Source: a virus
Lineage: Duplodnaviria > Caudoviricetes
IMG/VR virus record: IMGVR_UViG_3300042402_003469
Span: 1,040-65,039 of that record
Length of the DNA: 64,000 nucleotides
Strand: one strand, 5' to 3'
Every line of letters begins with the position of its first letter. Within the stretch, counting starts at the first letter, position 1. The translations under genes were made by a program, and so were the position numbers. The notes beneath the pieces are model-generated. The model had not been told where the DNA came from, ran no database searches, and saw only the letters and a program-made list of their open reading frames with translations. Shown here piece after piece: positions 58,560 to 64,000 of the stretch.

Positions 58560-61500
58560 ATGGGGAATTCGTATAGAATTAAAGCTAATCCAGGCAAAGA
58601 CCAAAACTTAGTAGTTCAAGTTGACCAAGATTTTGAACAACTTGAAATATTATCATTAAAAATTAGACAAGGAGATGTCTACCTAAGAATGTGCTCAGAT
58701 TATGGGGTTATTGCGGGTAGAGTTTTTGCAAACAATGGTTATGGTATACCAAATGCTAAGTTATCAATCTTTATACCTGTTACTGACGAAGATTTAAAAA
58801 ATCCTGTAATTAAATCATTATACCCTTATAAATCGGTTTTGGACACTAATGAGGATGGTTATAAGTTTAATCTATTACCTTATCTTCCTTCTTATAGTAA
58901 TCACGTTGCGACAGGGACATTTCCATCTCGAAAAGATAACTTAGTTGACCAAACAGTTGTTCAGTTATACGACAAGTATTACAAATATACGGTTCAAACA
59001 AACGATAGTGGGGATTACTTAATTTATGGTGTACCTGTTGGTAGTCACACTATTGTAATGAATGTGGACCTATCAGACATTGGGCCTTTTTCGTTAGGTC
59101 CTCAGGATTTAGTCAGAATGGGTCTTGCAACTGAAGAACAATTTGATGGTAATAAATTTAATTCATCTTCAAACTTTAATTCACTACCTCAGGTTATTGT
59201 AATTAATAAGAGTATTGAGGTCGCACCATTTTGGGGTGAACCTGAGATATGTCAAATAGGTATTACAAGGACAGATTTTGATATAACCAACGAAGCTAAC
59301 ATTGATATTAAACCTACCGCAATTTTTATGGGGTCTTTAGTTAGTACTTCTAACTCAATTGCGATTAAACAAAATTGTGTTTCTAGAAAAGAAACGGGAA
59401 ATCAGTGTCAAATGACCACAGGACCTGGTGAGATTTTGGCGATTACCCAAACAATCTTTAACGACTCTGACGGTTTACCAATACTTGAACAAGCCAAATT
59501 ACCTAACGGGGGTAAAGTTATTGATGGAAATGGGGTATGGATGTTTGACCTACCAATGAATAATAACTACATATCAACAAATGAATATGGAGAACAGGTT
59601 ATTTCCAATGACCCTAAAGTTGGTATTCCGACTAAAGCCAAATACAGATTTAAAATTAAATGGCAACAAAGTAAGAGTATTGCTGAAGATTTTAAAAGAG
59701 GTTATTTCTTAGTTCCAAATATTAAGGAAAAAGGATGGGAGTTTTATGGGTCAGACCCATTACGTGGAGGTCTTGGAGATTATAATGATGCGTTAACATC
59801 TTACGCTTTTGATTTAGGTTGGTCTGGGTATACAACAGGTAGTGTTGATATAACAAACCCTGAATTATTATCTTATATTAATTGTGAAGATAGATTTTAT
59901 GAATTTGATTATAATAAAGTTTATACTGTTTCAGGTTTAATTGATAACTACAAGGTTGCTGGTGGTAAAGAAAAATTCTTAGCAATTAAAAGAATTGATG
60001 ATGACACCTGTGAGGATAGTGTAAATAAGTTTCCTGCGAATGATGGTGTATTTCATACCTCATTATTGTGGATAATATTAAACATATTGATTTCAATCAT
60101 TGGGTTCTTAATGTTACCCGTCCTTATTGTTTATGATATTGTTGCGTTTCTTATAAATCTAATATATTTAATTATTCAAACAGTACTTTGTGGTATTTGT
60201 GGTATTGGTTTTAGTATCGCGGTAATTAGTTTCTATCCTTTTGGTTGGATTTGTCGTTCTTTAGGTATTGATTGTGACGACCCAAAACTACCAATAAAAC
60301 CATTGGATATGCCAATGTTAACTTATCCTGATTGTGAAGCTTGTAGTTGCGATGGGTCAGACGGTAATGGTAGTGACCCTACTTCAGGTGGTGCTAATCA
60401 AACCACGGGTCAGGCTCAACAAAACCAAAATCAATTTATAACATCATTTAATACACCAACGGCCTTTGGTAAGTTAGATAACCCATCGGTATTTAATAAT
60501 GTTTTTAGTAACACACTTTTTTGGTCACCATCAGATGTTCCTATTATCAAACAATTATTAGGAGGTACATTTGTTAATGGTACAAATATGACTGCTGGTG
60601 GTGTTGGGAGAATAAATACTTCTTCAGGTTTTATGGAATGTTATGATTTACCGTTTGGTGAGAGGATTAATTTATTTAATACTAAAGGTTCTTACTACAA
60701 TGGTGCTAATCAGGTGAAAGTGACATACGAACCAACTTCTAACGGTCCTACTGCGGGACATTTTGATAATGTAATTGCAATTTTAGTTAGTAAAGCGACT
60801 ACTCTTAGTGCGGGTAAGATGTTTTCATTTTCAAGTCCATATTCATCTAAAGACCCTAACTTTACAGGTGCAACGGTTAATAGTATTGGAAGTACTCAGT
60901 TAACGGGTACTACGACAATACCAACTACGTTAAGTGGTACTTACGCAAGTCCGACTAACCCATTGTCGAACATACCATTTTCATATTCGACACCTACTAT
61001 GTATAACACTAATGTTAGTAAAACAATATATTACACATATCCGTCAGATATTGAGTATTTCCAAGTAATAACGGGAATGACCGTCGCTCAGTTTAGAAGT
61101 TTAGTACCTGCAACTCGTTTCGCGAATAGTTTTGGGGATATTATTGAAAGTACTTCGACTATTACTAGTCATACGGGGATTTTTAGTGACACGGTAACTG
61201 TGACACCTATTGATTTTATATCACAAGATAGTAAGGTATTAATAATCCAAAGAGGTGTTGACCCTAATTCATTTAGTGTTCAAACTAAATTTGACCTGAG
61301 TCGAGTTTTTGGATATACATCAATTAACCAACCAGATTGTTTAGTTATCGGGGATTATAAAGTTAACGTTCCGATTAAGAATTCGACACTACTCGCGATA
61401 TCGTCACCGTTGAATATGTTTGACCACGATTTTGTTCCTGGTATGAATAACAACACTCCTAATAATGGGTTTGATTTATATTTCAGTTCTCAATTTTTTG

Positions 61501-63446
61501 AACCCGCAAATTCACCGTCATATTATTATACGGGGTATACAACTAACGCTCATACGTTTTATTCTAGTTTAGATAATACTAAAGTGATTCCGTCGGTATT
61601 TGTACCCTCACCACCAGCAACGGTTTTGAGTCCATCTAAGATTGATAATACAATATCATCACCTAGACGTTTACTTAAATCGTTATCAAGTCAAGCTTTG
61701 TATAGTGGTACACTAACCCCTGGAAAATATAATCCTAGTGAATTTGTTGACGGAGGTGCGTATGTGTTTACCCAATCAACATCATACCCTAACAATTTAA
61801 AATCATATTATTATAGTCCAGGATATAATACAGGTAGTACTTTAAGTATGTCTTATTATAAGAATAATGTTATGAGAAGTGATAGATTACCTACTTCTGA
61901 TTTTCAAACAACTAATGGTAATAACACCTATTTCTTACAACAAAATCCTGCTTTGACCGTATACACTTTCTCCACTAATGGGATTATAGTTGCAGGGGCA
62001 GGTCAATCAAACGCATCTTATGCGGATACCTTTGAACCTACTGACAACGCGTTTGAAAGTAATAGTGCTTTAAATACGTTTACTTGTAGTAAGATGGTTT
62101 CGTTAAAATGTTATGCGGGTAATGGTTTAAATATTACTGTTGACCCTACGTGTAAGAACAATGACTCGGTAACTGATAATGGTTGTTATCGTTTTTGTCC
62201 TCGTTGTGGAGACATTAATGATATTTTTGGACCAATTGCTGGAATGGGTAAAGACCTTGAAAACTTTGGTGAATATATTCTTAGATTCAAGTTTTTCTTT
62301 GCTTTATGTCAAGGAGTTTTAAGTCAGGTCTTTAATAATAATTGGGTTAATGGTGTCTTATTTGCTTATCCATTTAAAATTAATACTTACTATAATAGTA
62401 AGAATAAAGTTAACGGTCGTGAGTATTGCCGAGATATTGTTTTCCTACACCCAACAACAAATACGTTTTATTATAGAAGTACTCCTTGGGACGGTAGTAA
62501 TTTTATCGGATTTAAATCAAGAGGTGATAATGGAAAAGGTTCTAACGACACTAATTTAAAGTATCCAACAACTCTCATTAATTTAGGGCCTAGAGATTCA
62601 TTTATGAAAGAGATTATTTTAAATGGTAATTTTAACGGATATAATATGAAAGAGTTTTCCGAAACTTCATATAATGATACTTCGGATATGGTTAACTTAT
62701 TTGGTATTATGAGAATACTTGACTCAAGTTTTTTGGCAAATTTCTTTGGTAACCAAATTACTAAATTATTTTCAAGAAGTGGTAGAAAGGTTGACGCAGA
62801 TTTTGCTCAGTCAGTTGCGGTTAACTCTCAAATTGGTGTGGTACCATTGGATACCTCTTTTTATACCACATCACCATCATCACCAGGTGGAGCTTCGGTT
62901 ATTGCCGCAGGGGGAAGTTCGAGTAGTATTATGATGGGTATTATGTATACTTCAAGTACTGAATCAATACAAGTTAGAGATTTTATCTCACCCGTTAGAA
63001 CAATTAGATGGAATCCATTAACAAATGATTTTGCTTATGATTATACGGAAACTAAGTCACAACTTACACCTCATTATATGTGGAGATTAAATTCAGGGCC
63101 TACAATTTTTGGTACACAAACTAATAATTGGGCAACATCACCTAATCCCTCAAGTATTGCGGCTATTAAGTACCAACAAATGGATAGGTTGCCGACACAA
63201 ATACCTGGTAGTCCATATCCTGTATGGAACGCTTCGGTTAATGAATATAATGCACGTGGTTATTTATTTGCGAGTAATTCTAATGATATGGCTTCAATAA
63301 CTTACAACTATTCGGCGCCGACTATCCAAGGAAAAACGGTATTAGGTGGAGCACCTTGGTATTTTTATTTTGGATTGAGAAAGGGTAACACCGCCATAAA
63401 CAGATTTTCAAATAAGTTCATAGGAACAACAGGTTTAAATGAGTAA
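58560..63446 (+). CDS. Very large putative virion protein with an N-terminal Ig/carboxypeptidase-regulatory-like region and an internal hydrophobic, Cys-rich segment
   Basis: GVIAGRV...GIPNAKLSIF...TNDSGDYLIYGVPVG; hydrophobic stretch at about aa 502-572; YPDCEACSC; TATTTAT at 58537-43. Confidence 0.6.
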   Translation: MGNSYRIKANPGKDQNLVVQVDQDFEQLEILSLKIRQGDVYLRMCSDYGVIAGRVFANNGYGIPNAKLSIFIPVTDEDLKNPVIKSLYPYKSVLDTNEDGYKFNLLPYLPSYSNHVATGTFPSRKDNLVDQTVVQLYDKYYKYTVQTNDSGDYLIYGVPVGSHTIVMNVDLSDIGPFSLGPQDLVRMGLATEEQFDGNKFNSSSNFNSLPQVIVINKSIEVAPFWGEPEICQIGITRTDFDITNEANIDIKPTAIFMGSLVSTSNSIAIKQNCVSRKETGNQCQMTTGPGEILAITQTIFNDSDGLPILEQAKLPNGGKVIDGNGVWMFDLPMNNNYISTNEYGEQVISNDPKVGIPTKAKYRFKIKWQQSKSIAEDFKRGYFLVPNIKEKGWEFYGSDPLRGGLGDYNDALTSYAFDLGWSGYTTGSVDITNPELLSYINCEDRFYEFDYNKVYTVSGLIDNYKVAGGKEKFLAIKRIDDDTCEDSVNKFPANDGVFHTSLLWIILNILISIIGFLMLPVLIVYDIVAFLINLIYLIIQTVLCGICGIGFSIAVISFYPFGWICRSLGIDCDDPKLPIKPLDMPMLTYPDCEACSCDGSDGNGSDPTSGGANQTTGQAQQNQNQFITSFNTPTAFGKLDNPSVFNNVFSNTLFWSPSDVPIIKQLLGGTFVNGTNMTAGGVGRINTSSGFMECYDLPFGERINLFNTKGSYYNGANQVKVTYEPTSNGPTAGHFDNVIAILVSKATTLSAGKMFSFSSPYSSKDPNFTGATVNSIGSTQLTGTTTIPTTLSGTYASPTNPLSNIPFSYSTPTMYNTNVSKTIYYTYPSDIEYFQVITGMTVAQFRSLVPATRFANSFGDIIESTSTITSHTGIFSDTVTVTPIDFISQDSKVLIIQRGVDPNSFSVQTKFDLSRVFGYTSINQPDCLVIGDYKVNVPIKNSTLLAISSPLNMFDHDFVPGMNNNTPNNGFDLYFSSQFFEPANSPSYYYTGYTTNAHTFYSSLDNTKVIPSVFVPSPPATVLSPSKIDNTISSPRRLLKSLSSQALYSGTLTPGKYNPSEFVDGGAYVFTQSTSYPNNLKSYYYSPGYNTGSTLSMSYYKNNVMRSDRLPTSDFQTTNGNNTYFLQQNPALTVYTFSTNGIIVAGAGQSNASYADTFEPTDNAFESNSALNTFTCSKMVSLKCYAGNGLNITVDPTCKNNDSVTDNGCYRFCPRCGDINDIFGPIAGMGKDLENFGEYILRFKFFFALCQGVLSQVFNNNWVNGVLFAYPFKINTYYNSKNKVNGREYCRDIVFLHPTTNTFYYRSTPWDGSNFIGFKSRGDNGKGSNDTNLKYPTTLINLGPRDSFMKEIILNGNFNGYNMKEFSETSYNDTSDMVNLFGIMRILDSSFLANFFGNQITKLFSRSGRKVDADFAQSVAVNSQIGVVPLDTSFYTTSPSSPGGASVIAAGGSSSSIMMGIMYTSSTESIQVRDFISPVRTIRWNPLTNDFAYDYTETKSQLTPHYMWRLNSGPTIFGTQTNNWATSPNPSSIAAIKYQQMDRLPTQIPGSPYPVWNASVNEYNARGYLFASNSNDMASITYNYSAPTIQGKTVLGGAPWYFYFGLRKGNTAINRFSNKFIGTTGLNE

Positions 63447-64000
63447 TCAAATTGAAACAAGAATAGTATTAGGGTCTAAAAGATATAAGACCGCAATTGA
63501 TACGGATTTAGGTATTAAAGTACCTCTAGAAAATACTCAAAAAGAAATTGATGAGTTTGATAGAAATAATCGCATCAGTTTAGCTCAAGTATTTGATGAC
63601 GAAAGACAGGCGTCAACTACTTTTAGACTTAGTGCTAATATGGATTTTATGTTTTATAACGTGTATAGTGGAAGTACGGGATTACTTGACTATAAACCAT
63701 TCACGTACAATATGTATTATGTGAACCAATTAAGTTCATTTAACACAACTATGTGGACAGGTTACCCATTATACAATGAATTTGATTTTATAAGAACAGA
63801 TAATAATGTACCTGGATATACTACAACATCAGGTACGGTTCAACCTCATATATATTTTGTAAATAAAAGCGCGACAACATATAATTGGACTCAATACATT
63901 AGTTACGCATATCAAAACGATTATACTAAACGATTAGAATATTATGAGGAGGACGGTGGTACTAACGGATGGGCTGCGGGTGACGGTATTCCTTTCTATA
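63439..64000 (+). CDS. Hypothetical protein, probably structural; truncated by the window end
   Basis: Not in the ORF track. ATG 63439 overlaps the previous stop; MSNQIETRIVLGSKRYK...LAQVFDDERQASTTFR... stays open to the end. Confidence 0.7.
   Translation, partial: MSNQIETRIVLGSKRYKTAIDTDLGIKVPLENTQKEIDEFDRNNRISLAQVFDDERQASTTFRLSANMDFMFYNVYSGSTGLLDYKPFTYNMYYVNQLSSFNTTMWTGYPLYNEFDFIRTDNNVPGYTTTSGTVQPHIYFVNKSATTYNWTQYISYAYQNDYTKRLEYYEEDGGTNGWAAGDGIPFY

Noticed and set aside
1-64000. Alternative genetic code (TAG/TGA recoding)
   Set aside because: Very long genes are intact under the standard code, and TAG terminates genes at expected positions (for example 11361 and 51196).
1-64000. Eukaryotic giant virus, or a bacterial tailocin/eCIS locus
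   Set aside because: Despite eukaryote-like RNR, GTs and a Ubl, sheath, tube, neck and baseplate genes together with T4-type replication genes indicate a tailed phage.

Overview
AT-rich (roughly 30-35% GC by eye), densely coding segment of a large, probably jumbo, T4-like myovirus genome. It carries tail and neck genes (neck gp13/gp14-like, tail terminator, sheath, tube, assembly chaperone, tape measure, baseplate hub and wedges gp53/gp25/gp6-like, several very large virion proteins) interleaved with replication genes (PolB, SNF2 helicase, gp32-like SSB, UvsX/RecA, 5'-3' exonuclease, DnaB-like helicase, class Ia RNR). No capsid, terminase, rRNA, tRNA, CRISPR array or mobile element was recognised. 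Most notable: (i) a candidate virion O-glycosylation system, with GT60 and GT32-GT32-propeller enzymes next to a Gly-X-Ser collagen-like fibre, mucin-like Thr tracts in the sheath and a lectin-tipped protein, and a recurrent [ST]-G-x-[ST] motif in virion proteins; (ii) a ubiquitin-like protein without a C-terminal GG inside the fibre operon; (iii) a probable +1 frameshift (UUU_UUU_CGG) in the tail chaperone; (iv) an Mn-type SOD fused to a PD-(D/E)xK-like domain; (v) a TATTTAT motif before most operons; (vi) N-terminal (I/L)-x-E leaders resembling T4 capsid-targeting signals. All family calls come from motif recognition by eye; no database search was run.
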